From positions 1,178,001 to 1,242,000 of the forward strand of contig OZ231126.1 in the NCBI GenBank assembly GCA_965153355.1: a stretch of DNA of 64,000 bases. Direction: 5' to 3'. Shown here piece by piece: positions 41,153 through 53,900 of the stretch. The position numbers were made by a program, and so were the translations under genes. Numbering within the stretch: the first letter of the stretch is position 1; each line of letters starts with the position of its first letter. Source of the DNA: Flaccisagitta enflata. Taxonomy: Eukaryota. The notes beneath the pieces were generated by a model. That model worked only from the letters and a program-made list of their open reading frames with translations, made no database searches and had not been told where the DNA came from.

Positions 41153-41766
41153 GGAGGTCCATAAATGAGGAGAAGAGAGGAGGAAAAGAGGAAGATGGGG
41201 ATGAGAGTACGTGAGGAACAAGCAATGATTAAGGCCATAAATGAGGAGAAGAGAGGATGAAAAGAGGAAGATGGGGACGAGAGTATGTGAGGAACAAGCA
41301 ATGATGGAAGTCCATAAATGAGGAGAAGAGAGGATGAAAAGAGGAAGATGGGGATGAAAGTACGTGAGGAACAAGCAATGATGGAAGTCCATAAATGAGG
41401 AGAAGAGAGGATGAAAAGAGGAAGATGGGGATGAAAGTACATGAGGAACAAGCAATGATGGAAGTCCATAAATGGGGAGAAGAGAGGAGGAAAAGAGGAA
41501 GTAGGGATGAGAGTACGTGAGGAACAAGCAATGATGGAAGTCCATAAATGAGGAGAAGAGAGGAGGAAAAGAGGAAGATGGGGACGAGAGTATGTTAGGA
41601 ACAAGCAATGATGGAGGCCATAAATGAGGAGAAGAGAGGAGGAAAAGAGGAAGATGGGGACGAGACTATGTGAGGAACAAGCAATGATGGAGGCCATAAA
41701 TGAGGAGAAGAGAGGAGGAAAAAGAGGAAGAAGAGGAAGAGGGTGTGAGAGGGACAAGCAATGATG
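41153..41766. repeat. 77-bp purine-rich minisatellite, about 8 units
   Basis: ccataaatgaggagaagagagg...gaggaacaagcaatgatggaagt repeated head to tail. Confidence 0.95.
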
Positions 41767-41831
41767 CGGTTTTTGCTGTTGTTTTATTTGTTTACGTTCA
41801 TTGGCATTGATGCCGCTTACACATGATAAAC

Positions 41832-41862
<31 letters not shown>

Positions 41863-41873
41863 AAAAGAAGAAG

Positions 41874-41905
<32 letters not shown>

Positions 41906-42220
41906 AGAAATCATTCATTAGGCATGACTTATTAGCAAATAGTTCAAGCTGTAGATGCGTTGCTTGGAGAAAATGGGATTTCTGTTGGAAAAAATCGTGG
42001 AAGAGGATTTTGATCGCGTTGTAAGGAGACCCATCTTGTTTGTGCCATAACATTGCTCATGTATTCATTTCATAATATGTCTGATTTGTAGGTTGTTTGA
42101 AGAACATGGGATTTCTGTTGTAGAACATCGACCAAGAGAATTTTCACGGCGTCATACAGAGAGATCCATTTGTGTCATAACATAAATTGATGTTTTCTTT
42201 ACCATGAAATTAATCTGTAG

Positions 42221-42366
42221 GTTGTTTGGAGAACATGGGATTTCTGTTGGAGAATATTGAGCAAGAGGATTTTCACTGCGTTGTAGAAGGACTCATTTAC
42301 GCCATCTCTAAAGGCATGAAAGAAGAAGCAGAATTCATCGCAAAACATCCAGAATTCCAAGACAAG
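42221..42366 (+). CDS. TRPC-like channel exon (ankyrin repeats 2-3)
   Basis: Acceptor ctgtag| and donor AAG|GTGAAG; phase 1-0. Translation xCLENMGFLLENIEQEDFHCVVEGLIYAISKGMKEEAEFIAKHPEFQDK resembles TRPC ...DALLHAI..EVV.AVE.LL.H. Confidence 0.85.
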
Positions 42367-43085
42367 GTGAAGTCTATCAACACTCGCTCACGAACTCACT
42401 CACGGACCCTCTTGCTTACTTTTTTGTGAGTCGCAAACTTGCGACTCACAAAAAAAGGAAAAGGAAAAAAAAACTCAAGGCTAAACTCCCCTCGCCTGCC
42501 AGCTGCTCTGCTATGCGAATCAAAAACAGAAGCCGGACCTTGTTATTAGTTGATAAAAAAGATAAAAAAAATTATCAAACATTTTTTTGTCATAGTGATA
42601 TTGAAAATTCTCAAGTTCTTTCATTCAAGACCAATATCAGGTCTGTATCTCAAACCATTTAGAAACTTGATGTTGTCAAAACGAACAAATATTTTCTAAA
42701 GATGCTTTTTGGGCGGCTCATACTCGCGCTTATTTCCACGCGTAGCACAAGGTTTTCACGTTTTAGGAAGAGTTGTAGCGGGCGCACGGAAGGATAGACG
42801 GATGGACAGATGGACGGATAAAAGGATGGATAGACGGACGGACAGATGCACAGATGCACAATTCTCCTCCGGAGATGCTGGGACGCATAGGAAGACTACC
42901 CCTCGAGTGGGTCTTAAGACGGTTCTCGGGAATAGCCAGTAAACAGTTGGGATTGGGCATGAGAGTCTCAAATTAAATTGGACACTAAACAGAATCAGAC
43001 TCAACGTTCGGAAATCCATGTGATATGAAAAAAAGACTTTTGACGACTTTGTGCTTCTTGAGAAAATTGATTTTCTTTTTATTTT

Positions 43086-43341
<256 letters not shown>

Positions 43342-43351
43342 CCCACTTCAG

Positions 43352-43383
43352 GACCGTGTTCGAGTCTCTATGAATAAACCATG
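43352..43383 (+). CDS. TRPC-like channel 32-nt micro-exon
   Basis: Acceptor cccacttcag| and donor ATG|GTAAGC. Translation DRVRVSMNKP(C), phase 0-2, which exactly bridges the phases of the flanking exons. Confidence 0.7.
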
Positions 43384-44558
43384 GTAAGCACAACTGCAGT
43401 CCATCGGCCTGTCCGACCGTCCATGGGTCCGTCCTTGAGGTCCGTCCATTACGCCTGTGCAAAAACCTGTTTTCTTGGCTTTTTTCGGCCACGGTGAGAT
43501 CCTGTACTGAAGCGAATGATCAACCAACTTGTTTTGAGAGCCTCCTTCACTACTCGTCCGTTCGTCCATCTGTCCTCCATATATGTCACATTATCAATAC
43601 ACGCATCGTTGCCCGGTCGGGCTTGTTCTTTTTAGATGCGTCAGTCAGGAGCGCATACCTATAAGAGGGTCTGTCCGTCCGTCTGTCCGTCCGTCCATTG
43701 GTTGGTCGGTCAGTCGGTCGTATGGTCGGTTGGTCGGTCGGTTGGTCAGTCGGTCGGTCGGTCGGTTGGTCGGTTGGTCGGTTGGTCGGTCGGTCGGTTG
43801 GTCAGTTGGTTGGTCGGTTGGTCAGTCGGTCGGTCGGTCCATTACGCCTTTACAAAAACCGCGTTTTTCGACTGTTTTTGGCCACGGTGAAATCCTACAC
43901 TGAAACAAATGATCAACATGTTTTGAGGGCCTCCTTTACTACTCAGTCGTTTGAATGCTCATCTGTTTGTCCATCTGTCTCTTCATATATGTCACATGAT
44001 CAATACATGCAGAGGCACAGTCCGGACGCATCGTTGCCCGGCCGGGCTTGTTCCATTTTCTGTTAAGCATGTGAGGTGGCCCATAATCCGAAATGGAAAA
44101 AGTAGCCCATTTTTTTTTGAATGGGAGTTCAACATTGCTCGAGCTTTATTCCCATCTTACTCACATCTCTTCCTAACAATTACGCCCGAAAAAGGAAGCT
44201 AAAATTTCTTTCTTAAAGAATAACCAAATATTTCCCGAACCTTCCCTTCCTTCCTTCCTTCCTTCCTTCCTTCCTTCCTTCCTTCCTTCCTTCCTTCCTC
44301 CCTTCCCTCATTTCTTTCTTCCTTCCTTCCTTCTTCCTTCCTTCCTTCCTTCCTTCCTTCCTTCCTTCCTTTCTTCCTTCCTTCCTTTCTTCCTTCCTTC
44401 CTTTCTTCCTTCCTTCTTCTTTCTTCCTTCCTTCTTCCTTCCTTCCTTCCTTCCTTCCTTTCTTCCTTCCTTCCTTCCTTCCTTCCTTCCTTCCTTCCTT
44501 CCTTCCTTCCTTTCTTCCTTCCTTCCTTCCTTCCATCCTTTCTTCTTTTCCTATCCAG

Positions 44559-44673
44559 CACTCCTGGAAAAGGTGGCTTATTTTTCGAAATGATGACGCC
44601 GATTTTGATGGCGGCGCAGAAAAATGACCACGAAGCTTACGAACTTCTCACTGACTTGGGCCACTCTATACCC
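44559..44673 (+). CDS. TRPC-like channel exon (ankyrin repeat 4)
   Basis: Acceptor ctatccag| and donor CCC|GTAAGT; phase 2-0. Translation TPGKGGLFFEMMTPILMAAQKNDHEAYELLTDLGHSIP matches TRPC F..DITPIILAA..N..EI..LL..G..IP. Not in the ORF track. Confidence 0.9.
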
Positions 44674-45538
44674 GTAAGTTGAGTCACTAAATATTAGTAA
44701 GTTGGGTCAATCAACTGTTGTTAATTGGGTCACTAAATCATTGTGGGTCGGTTGGTTGGTCGGTCCTCTTTTGGGCAAGGGGTTGATGCCCTATGCTTTT
44801 TTGGGCATCGTTTCCAAAGGGGCCGATGACCTATGCTTTCACACATATGGGGAATTTTCTCCTTCTTCTCCTTCTTCTCCTTCTTCTCCTCCATCGTAAC
44901 CCCCTCAAATCCCAGTCTCGAGGCCCAAATCCCAGTCTTGAGGCCCAAATCCCAGTCTCGAGGCCCAAACCCCAGCCAAATTCTAGCCTCACGGCCCAAA
45001 TCATAGCCTCAAGGCCCAGATCCCAGCCTTAAGGTCCAAATCCCAGCAAAGAAGCCCAGATTCGAGGCTGAGATTTTGGCCTTGAGGCTAGGATTTGGAC
45101 CTTGAGGCTGGGATTTGGGCCTTGAGACTGGGATTTGGGCCTCGAGACTGGGATTTGGGCCCTACGACTGGAATTTGAGGGGGGACAGAGGAGGAGAAGG
45201 AGGAGAAGAAGAAAATCTCCCATATGTGTGAAAGCATAGGTCATCGAACCCTTTAGGGTCACTGCCCTGCTTCCCCTTCAACTTTAGCGCAACCTACTTG
45301 GGCGGGGCATGGGTACCGCTGACCATCTAACGCTTTTGCGACTTTTTACTTTTTCAGCTTTTATGGGCTTTTTGAGTTCACCGCTCCTGCCCAAATACCT
45401 TAGTGACATTCACTTTCACTGCCCCTACCCACCCGCACGCGACTGGGGTCACCATGTATCCCGTCTTGTTTAAAGGAGGCTGTATTGTTGTGTTGCAGGC
45501 TGGATTGTTGTATTGCAGGTTATATTGTTGTATTGCAG

Positions 45539-45635
45539 GTTCCCCATCGGATCGTTTGCCAATGTGAAGCTTGCTTACGCCAGAGAAGATCGGATTATTT
45601 TCGCTTCATCACCAACAGACTCAACTGTTACAAAG
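45539..45635 (+). CDS. TRPC-like channel exon (TRP_2 domain, His/Cys3 zinc site)
   Basis: Acceptor ttgcag| and donor AAG|GTACGC; phase 0-1. Translation VPHRIVCQCEACLRQRRSDYFRFITNRLNCYK carries the TRPC signature PH-x3-C-x-C-x2-C...D....S..RLN.YK. Confidence 0.92.
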
Positions 45636-46209
45636 GTACGCACTTTCAACAATGGAATGTGTTCACGTGTTACAAAGGTACTCACTGTCAACTACTGAAT
45701 GTATTCACGTTGGGACTCAACTGGTACAAAAGTACGCACTGTTAACTATTGAATGCATTCACGTTGGGACTCAACTGGTACAATGGTACGCACTGTCTAC
45801 TATGGAAAGAATGCGTTCACGTGGGGACACATTTTCTATGCGTTTTTTCATACCATGTAGGAAAAAAGTATATCTACACCTGTTCAGAAGTATCAACTTT
45901 ATTATTGAGCTACTTCTAAACAACTACAGTTACTTACCCTATTTTAGTTGCATTTGAAAGAGATTTAACAATTCTTGAAAATTAGATCAATTTCAATTAC
46001 GTTTTTTCAGGTTTAGCTACTTTATTTCATTTCATTTCATTTCATTTCATTTCATTTCATTTCATTTCATTTCATTTCATTTCAATAACGTTTTTTCAGG
46101 TTTAGCTACTTCATTTCACTTTACTCGTTGTCGCTACAATCTTGTCATTTCATGTCATGTCATCTCATGTCACGTTCTTTTTACAGGTTTAGCAACTTCT
46201 GTCTACCTA

Positions 46210-48439
46210 CAGGGTCTTCAATTTCATTTGACACGAAAAGAACCTATGCTGTGCAAAAACAAATCAACTTTTCAATTCAATTTTTTTTTCTCCTAAAAGC
46301 ACTATGTATGACGTTTTTAGTCGCGTGCACGCGACTCTATACCCCGCTTTGTCCGTCCGTCGGTTGGTCGGTCGGTCGGTTGGTCGGTCGGTTGGTCGGT
46401 CGGTCCCCTTTTTACTTTTTTTATTTGTTTTATTCCTATCAAGTCATTTTAAGTCAATTAAGTGATTTTGAGTCCAATTAGATCATTTTAAGTCATTTTA
46501 AGTCATTTTAAGTCACTTTAAGTCAAATTAAGTCATTTGAGTCATTATTGAATTTTAGTCAATTTAAGTCAATCTAGGTCATTTTAAGTCATTTTAAGTA
46601 AATTCAAGTCAATTTAAGTCAGTTTAACTCAGTATAAGTCAATTAAAGGCAGTATAAGTCAATTTAAGTCATTTTATGTCATTTTTGAATTTTAGTTTGT
46701 TTAAGTCAATTTTGGTCATTTTAAGTCAATTTAACTCATTTTTGGTATATTCAAGTCATTTCAGGTAAATTCAAGTCATTCTAACTCATTTTAAGTCAAT
46801 TTAAGTCAGTATAAGTCAGTATAAGTCAATTTAAGTCAATTTAAGTCATTTCATATCATATCAGTCATTTTTTAAATTCGCGTAATATAGTTGTTATAGG
46901 TAATTATAAGTCATTATGCAATTTTGGTAATCATAGGTAATCATAGGTTATTATGCAATTATAGGTAATCATAGGTCATTATAGGTAATCATAGGTCATT
47001 ATAGGTTATTATAGGTCATTATGTAATTATAGGTAATTATAGGTCATTAAGGGTAATTATAGGTTATTATGCAATTGTAGGTCATTATTGGTAATTATAG
47101 GTCAGTATATAATCATAGGTAAATAAAGGTAATTATAGGAAATTATAGGTCATTATAGGTAATTATAGGTATTTATAGGTAATTATAGGTCATTATGTAA
47201 TTACAGGTGATCAAAGGTCATTAAAGGTAATTATAGGTCATTATGTAATTATAGGTAGTTATAAGTAATCAAAGGTCATTATAGGTAATTATAGGTCATT
47301 ACGTTATTATAGGTAATTATGGGTAATTATGAGTAATGATAAGTCATTATAGGTAATTATTGGTCCATATGTAATCATAGGTGATCATAGGTCTTTATAG
47401 GTACTTATAGGTCAGTATCTAATTATGGGTAATTATAGGTAATTATAGGTAATCATAGGTCATTATGGGTAATTATAGGTCATTATGTTATTACAGGTAA
47501 TAATTGGTAATCATACATCATTATAGGTAATTATTGGTCCATATGTAATAAAAGGTAATTATAGGTCTTTATAGGTACTTATAGGTCATTATTTAAGTAT
47601 GGGTAATTATAGGTAATTATAGGTTATTATAGGTAATTATAGGACATTATAGGCAATTATAGGTCAATAGGAAGTTATAGTTATTATCGTCAATACAGGA
47701 AATAACGTACTCATACAATTAGGCGATTACGTAATTAAGTAAGTCTCGCACGCGACTTATAGGTGTTGGCCTTGTTTGTATCAAATTTTCATAGGAGTGG
47801 GTCTTGAAATTCAGCAGAAATCCATGTTTGAAGTTATGCAGTAAATTCAACTAAAAAGGTGGTTTTCTTGCAAATTTTGACTTAAAAATGCAAAAAAAAA
47901 AAAATCACTCGGTTTCAAACTTCAAATGCTTGATTAGAATCAAGTGATAAATGCTAAGACCCCAATGTTAAAAATAGCCAGGTTTTATCACAGAACAGTG
48001 AAGTTTAGGCAAATACTATCAAAATTTTTACAAAAATCTTACAAAAACTTAATCAAAGATTGTTTTTTTTCCAATAAAAAGGAAAATGGTTGATCATGAT
48101 GAAATTTCAAAGAATGTTTTTACTCAGATACAAAAACTTTATGAAATTATCTGCCATTCTAGACCAATCTCATATCTGTAGCTCAATGCGTTTAAAAATA
48201 AGAGCAGTTTAAAGATGAAAGGTCAGAAATACAAAATCCAACAAAATCTCCCATCTCATTATGACATCTTACACTTTAAAATGGGTTATCTCCTAAAATA
48301 ATTGACCCAGTACCATGAAATTTGGACACAAAAAAAAACCATATGTAGTTCTTTTAGGAGAAAAAAAATCAAATTAAAAAATTAATTTGTTTTTGCACAG
48401 CATAGGTTCTTTTTGTGTCAATTGAAATTGAAGACCCTG
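46210..48439. mobile_element. Tc1/mariner-type non-autonomous element with TA duplication, intronic
   Basis: TA|CAGGGTCTTCAATTTCATTTGACAC..AAAGAACCTATGCTGTGCAAAAAC ... GTTTTTGCACAGCATAGGTTCTTT..GTGTCAATTGAAATTGAAGACCCTG|TA. Confidence 0.9.
46314..47777 (+). mobile_element. HINE-like element expanded by 10-bp satellites (aagtcatttt)n and (aggtaattat)n
   Basis: Ends ttttagtcgcgtgcacgcgactcta ... gtctcgcacgcgacttataggtgttggccttgttt. The same ends occur on shorter copies at 58689-59083 (minus) and 60855-61212. Confidence 0.8.
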
Positions 48440-48696
48440 TAGCTTGTTGATGCCACAATCTTATCATGTCATGTCATGTCATCTCATGTCATGTTCTTTA
48501 TTTTCAGGTTTAGGTACTTCAGTTTACTTGGCTCGTTGTCGCTACAATCCTGTGACATGTTATGTTGTCTCATGTCATGTTCTTTTTTTTCAGGTTTAGC
48601 TACTTCGGTTTACCTGGCTCGTTGTCGCCACAATCCTGTTATGTCATGTCATTTCGTCGTATTTCATGTTGTCTCATGTCATTTTCTTTTTTTCAG

Positions 48697-48806
48697 GTTT
48701 AGCTACTTCGGTTTACCTGGCTCGTTGTCGCCAAAATCCTGTCATGTGCGCCTTCAGACTTCGCTGTGATCTGCTAGAAAATGCCAAGAGAGAGAAAGAA
48801 AACGCG
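48697..48806 (+). CDS. TRPC-like channel exon (helical linker)
   Basis: Acceptor ttttttcag| and donor GCG|GTGAGT; phase 1-0. Translation (G)LATSVYLARCRQNPVMCAFRLRCDLLENAKREKENA matches TRPC LASP..L....DP.L.AF.L..EL..LA..E.E. Confidence 0.92.
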
Positions 48807-48812
48807 GTGAGT

Positions 48813-48860
<48 letters not shown>

Positions 48861-49294
48861 AAGAGGAGGAGAAATAGAGAAAGGAATGAAATGAGACTGA
48901 AAGAAACACGAGGGAAAGGCGTTTCAAAATTGCTAATCTTCAGGTGGAGGTTATTCATGAGTCGGTGCATATTAATCATAAGGCCTTATATCTATCATGA
49001 GGTCTTATATTTTGCGCGACAGGTTTTTGAATTGAGAAATCTTTCAAGGGGTAGACCAAGAAGGGAGACAGAGCTGAGGTGCACAAGGTTGACTTTTACT
49101 CGTTGATCGCGTCCACATTCTAATGAAAATGGCATATCAATGACGTGGAAGCAGTTTGATTTGCTATATTGATCAGGCTTGAAATCCCATGGTGTCGCGT
49201 CCATAATTTGACGGGGATGGCTATTGGCAAATCAATTATGCGGAGACGGATTGTTCTCCTTCCAAGATTGAGTTCACATTCTCAGGAAGATGGT

Positions 49295-49700
49295 AAATGG
49301 ATTATGTGGATGTGGTTGGTTTTCCTGTTTTGAGAGCGTTTGTATTTTCATGGGTATGGCTAATGATTTGGGAGTGAGGTTTGTTCTACTGTACTATTCG
49401 CGTTCATGTTCTCTTGAAGATCGCTGATCAATGATTTGGAAGTGGTTTGTTCTCCTGTATTGTTCGTGTTCATGTTCTCATGAAGATGGCTAATCAATAA
49501 TTTGGAAGTGGTTTGTTTTCCAGTACTGATTGTGCTCACGTTCTAATGCAGATCGCTAATAAATGATTTGTAAGTGGTTTGTTTTCCAGTACTGATTGCG
49601 TTCATGTTCTCATGAAGATCGCTAATCAATGATTTGGAAGTAGTTTGTTTTCCAGTACTGATTGCGTTTGTAATCTCCTAAGGATGAAGTGGTTTAATCA
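49295..49700. repeat. 66-bp minisatellite, about 6 units
   Basis: atgatttggaagtggtttgttttccagtactgattgcgttcatgttctc... recurs at 49431, 49497, 49563 and 49629. Confidence 0.85.
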
Positions 49701-50179
49701 TTTGAAAGATACTTCCTCCAAAGCAAGGGGGCCAGGAAGTAACTAAAAATGTTGATAACCTTTAGATCACGGCTATTGGGGATGTAGCGAGAGAAGCGAT
49801 TAGCGAGGAAGAACGGACCCTGTGATATACCGCTCAAATTGATACGACAGCAGCAGGCTTAGAAGTTTGAACTGCGCCTTACTAATAGCTCATTCCATTT
49901 TACGACTTCCACGTTTTACAACCTCAGCGCTTTGGTCTCCAAAGTGTCATCTAATGTAAGGTCGGGCGTCGAGATTCCCGCGTTGCATACACCGCACTGT
50001 ATGCCAATAAGTGGCAGATTCCAATTACCTTGTTTTGTGTTGTTTCTTGCATGCAAATAAATAGAAAATTCCGATGGCAATGGGAATTTCAAGTCAGTTG
50101 TGCTCTTAATTGTTTTATGGTTTACTCCGTGTACTAGAGAGTTTATTCATTGCTTATATGACATTGAAAACGTTCACAC

Positions 50180-50278
<99 letters not shown>

Positions 50279-50970
50279 TATCCTCCCCTCATTTCTCACC
50301 TCGACACACGTTATGCATTTTAGAGAACAGCTTTACTCTCATAGACTATATATCACCTCCACGTATTGCCACCATTTTACTGCCTACTAAAGGAAACTTC
50401 AAAACGATTTTTAGTCGCGGACACGGGACTCTACACTGGGGGCCGTGATAGAACATGACTTTGGCATTAACGCTCGGACATATGTATAATGTGTTTCTGG
50501 TGGCTTACCAAGACTCACTCTCAAATCAAAGGGCCCTTAGACATAAAGAACTACTTCCGTGCCACACCCTCATTCTCCATTGTAGATATAGAAGATTTTT
50601 CTTGCTCTTCCTCCTTATATATTCCTCCTTCTTATACATTACTATGCAAATATGGGGTGTGGCACGGAAGTAGATTTTGATATCTGATGCTGTTTTCCTT
50701 TTATTCAGATGATGTATATGTTAATGCACACTGTTCAATCATATGTCGAAGTAGCAAAGCCAAGATCATGTTCTATCGCGGTCCCACTCTACACCTTGCC
50801 GTGTCGGTCGGTCGGTCCGTCGCATCGGTATGTCCGAAATATTTCTAAGATTGCGAACGGTGTTTGCATTACTGCCCCTGCCCAGCCGTCCGCGACTGGA
50901 TTGCCGTGTATCCGGCCTTGTTTTTTTTTTTTTTAGTTTCCTCGCTAAGATCTTATATTCATGCCTGTGA

Positions 50971-53900
50971 TTTTTAGTCGCGTGCACGCGACTCTACACC
51001 TTGCCGTGTCGGTCGGTAGGTCGGTCTGTCGGTCCGTCGGTCGGTCCGTCCGTCACATTTTTAAAATTATGACTTTTTAAGATATTTTAAGGTAATTTAA
51101 TGTACTCTAGGGTATTTCAGGGGACTTTAGGGTACTTTAGGGTACTTTAGGGTACTCAAGTTATTCTAGGTATTTAAGGTACTTTAGGGTACTTTAAGAT
51201 ATTTTTGGGTACTTTTGGGTATTTTTGAGTAATTTTAGGTATTTTTTGGAATTTTGGGGTATTTTGGGTATTTTTGGGTATTTTTGGGTATTTTTGGGTA
51301 TTTTTGGGTATTTTTGGTTTTTTTTAGGTATTTTGGGTATTTTGTCAACTTTTTTTTGATCAGACGTTACAGATTTTTTTTTTTTGGACAGACGTTATAA
51401 ATCTTTAGTATGTAGTTATATAGTATGAAGTTGTAGTCTGTAACATTTTTTAACATTTTTAGCATTCTTAACATTTTTAACATTCCTAACAATTTTCAAC
51501 AATTTTTAACATTTTTCAACATTTTTAACATTCATAACATATTTAACATTCTTAACATTTTTTAACATTCTTAACATCTTTTAACAATTTTTAACATTTT
51601 TGACATTTTTAACATTTTTAACATTTTTAACATTTTTAACATTTTTAACATTTTTAACATTTTTACATGGCGCCATAACTCCGTACTTCGATCCTTTATT
51701 GATGTATTTGCGTCACGGCTAAAATCTGATGTTGTTTTTTTCTCGGATTTGGATGGATTCCAAGCGCCGCACGGTGGGACCATCCCTCCTGATATTTTAG
51801 TGACGTCATTCAGGCCTGACTTGTTTTTCATTGACCGATCTAGACGCCGCATTGCATTATTGGAACTTACTTGCCCATGGGATTCAAATGTAAATCGCAG
51901 CCACGAGTTCAAAGAAAACAAGTATGCCCCTCTTGTTGCCGACCTTTCTCACGATTATAAGGTTTTTCAATTCTCTGTTGAAGTAACAGTGCGTGGACAG
52001 ATCTCCAAAGAGAATAAATCGAGGCTCAAATGCTTTGCTTACAAATTCTGCAGTGATTCTAAGAATGTTTTTAAGCTTCTGGTTAAAAACGGTTCTAAGG
52101 CTGCGCTTCTTGGCTCTTATAGTTTATTTTTGGCAAGAAATGAGCCATCCTGGACAGCTCCACGCCTTTTGATTATCCGTTGAACCAATGATTCCTATTG
52201 CCGTTATTACTTTTTGCTTTTATTTATTACTTTTCGTTTTTATCTGCGCAACGATGATCTGTGTAGGACTAGTCATTGTCGTCTGGCAATTTTTACAATC
52301 CAACAATCTGTTGAGCTGCGTAGATACTGTTGTTATATTTTTCATGAAAATATAATTTTACTACTTTAACATTTTTAACATTTTTAACATTTTCAACACT
52401 TTTTTAAAACACACAAACTTTGCTTTTTAAGGTTTTTTAAGGTATTATAAGGTACTCTAGGGTATTTCTGGGTACTTTAGGGTACTTCAGGGTACTTTAG
52501 GGTACTTAAGTTATTTTAGGTACTTAAGGTATTTTAGGGTACTTTCCGATGTTTTTGGGAACTTTTTGGTATTTTTGAGTATGTATGGGTATTTTTAGGT
52601 GTTTTTGGGTATTTTTGGGTATTTTTGGGTATCACTGGGTAATTTTGGGAATTTTGGGTATTTTGGGTATTTTATCAACTTTTTATTGGACACTCGTTAT
52701 TGGTTCAGAATTTAACTTTTTTTGGGACAGACGTTATGTAGTATGAAGTTGTAGTATTGTAGTATTATACTTGAGTAAGTATGTATGTAAGTATGTAAGT
52801 AGGTAAGTATGTAAGTATGTGAGTATGTAGGTAAGTATGTAAGTATGTAAGTATGTATATAAGTATGTAAGTATGGGTATGTAAGTATGTAAGTAGGTAT
52901 AAGTATGTAAGTATGTAAGTATGTATGTAGGCACGTATATAGTATGTAAGTATGTAAGTATGTAAGTATGTAAGTATGTAAGTAAGTGTGTAAGTATGTA
53001 AGTATGTGAGTATGTAGGTAAGTATGTAGGTATGTGAGTATGTAGGTAAGTATGTAGGTATGTAAGTATGTATGTAAGTATGTAAGTATGTAAGTAAGTA
53101 TGTAAGTATGTAAGAAAGGATGTAAGTATGTAAGTGAGTATGTAAGTATATAAGTATGTATGTAGGTAAGTATGTAAGTATGTAGGTAAGTATGTAAGTA
53201 TGTAGGTAAGTATGTAAGTATGTAGGTAAGGATGTAAGTAAGTATGTAGGTATGTAAGTATGTAAGTATGTAAGTATGTAAGTAAGTATATAAGTAAGTA
53301 TGTAAGTAAGTAAGCATGTAAGTATGTAGGTAAGTATGTAAGTAAGTATGTAAGTATGTAAGTATGTAAGTATGTAAGTATGTAAGTATGTAGGTAAGTA
53401 TGTAAGTATGTATGTATGTAAGTAGGTAAGTATGTGAGTATGTAGGTAAGTATGTAAGTATGTGAGTATATAAGTATGTAGGTATGTAAGTATGTAAGTA
53501 TGTAAGTATGTAAGTAAGTATGTAAGTATGTAGGTAAGTATGTAAGTGTGTAGGTAAGTATGTAAGTGTGTAGGTAAGTATGTAATGTATGTAAGGGTAT
53601 GTATAGGTAAGGTGTAAGTATGTGAGTATGTATGTAAGTATGTAAGTGTATATAGTATGTAAGTAAGTATGTGTGTTATGTAGGTATGTAAGTATGTATG
53701 TATGTAAGTATGTATGTGGTATGTATGTAAGTATGGTATGTAGAACGTGCATGTGGGTATGTAGGTAAGTGTAAGTATGAAATAAGTATGTAAGTAGGTA
53801 GTAAGTATGTGAGTATAGTGAGTATGTAAATATAAGTATGTAAGTATGTAGGTATGTGTAAGTGTTATGTAGTAAGTATGTAAGTAAGTATGTAAGTATG

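Noticed and set aside
41072-41757. Overlapping ORFs and regular repeats resembling CRISPR
   Set aside because: Head-to-tail 77-bp minisatellite with no spacers.
42367-42910. Alternative ways to bridge the phase 0 to phase 2 gap (extension to GTGAGT at 42426, or a MLGRIGRLPL exon near 42875)
   Set aside because: The first reads through intron-like sequence and the second lies in a repeat terminus. The exon at 43352-43383 has better splice sites, though these alternatives are not formally excluded.
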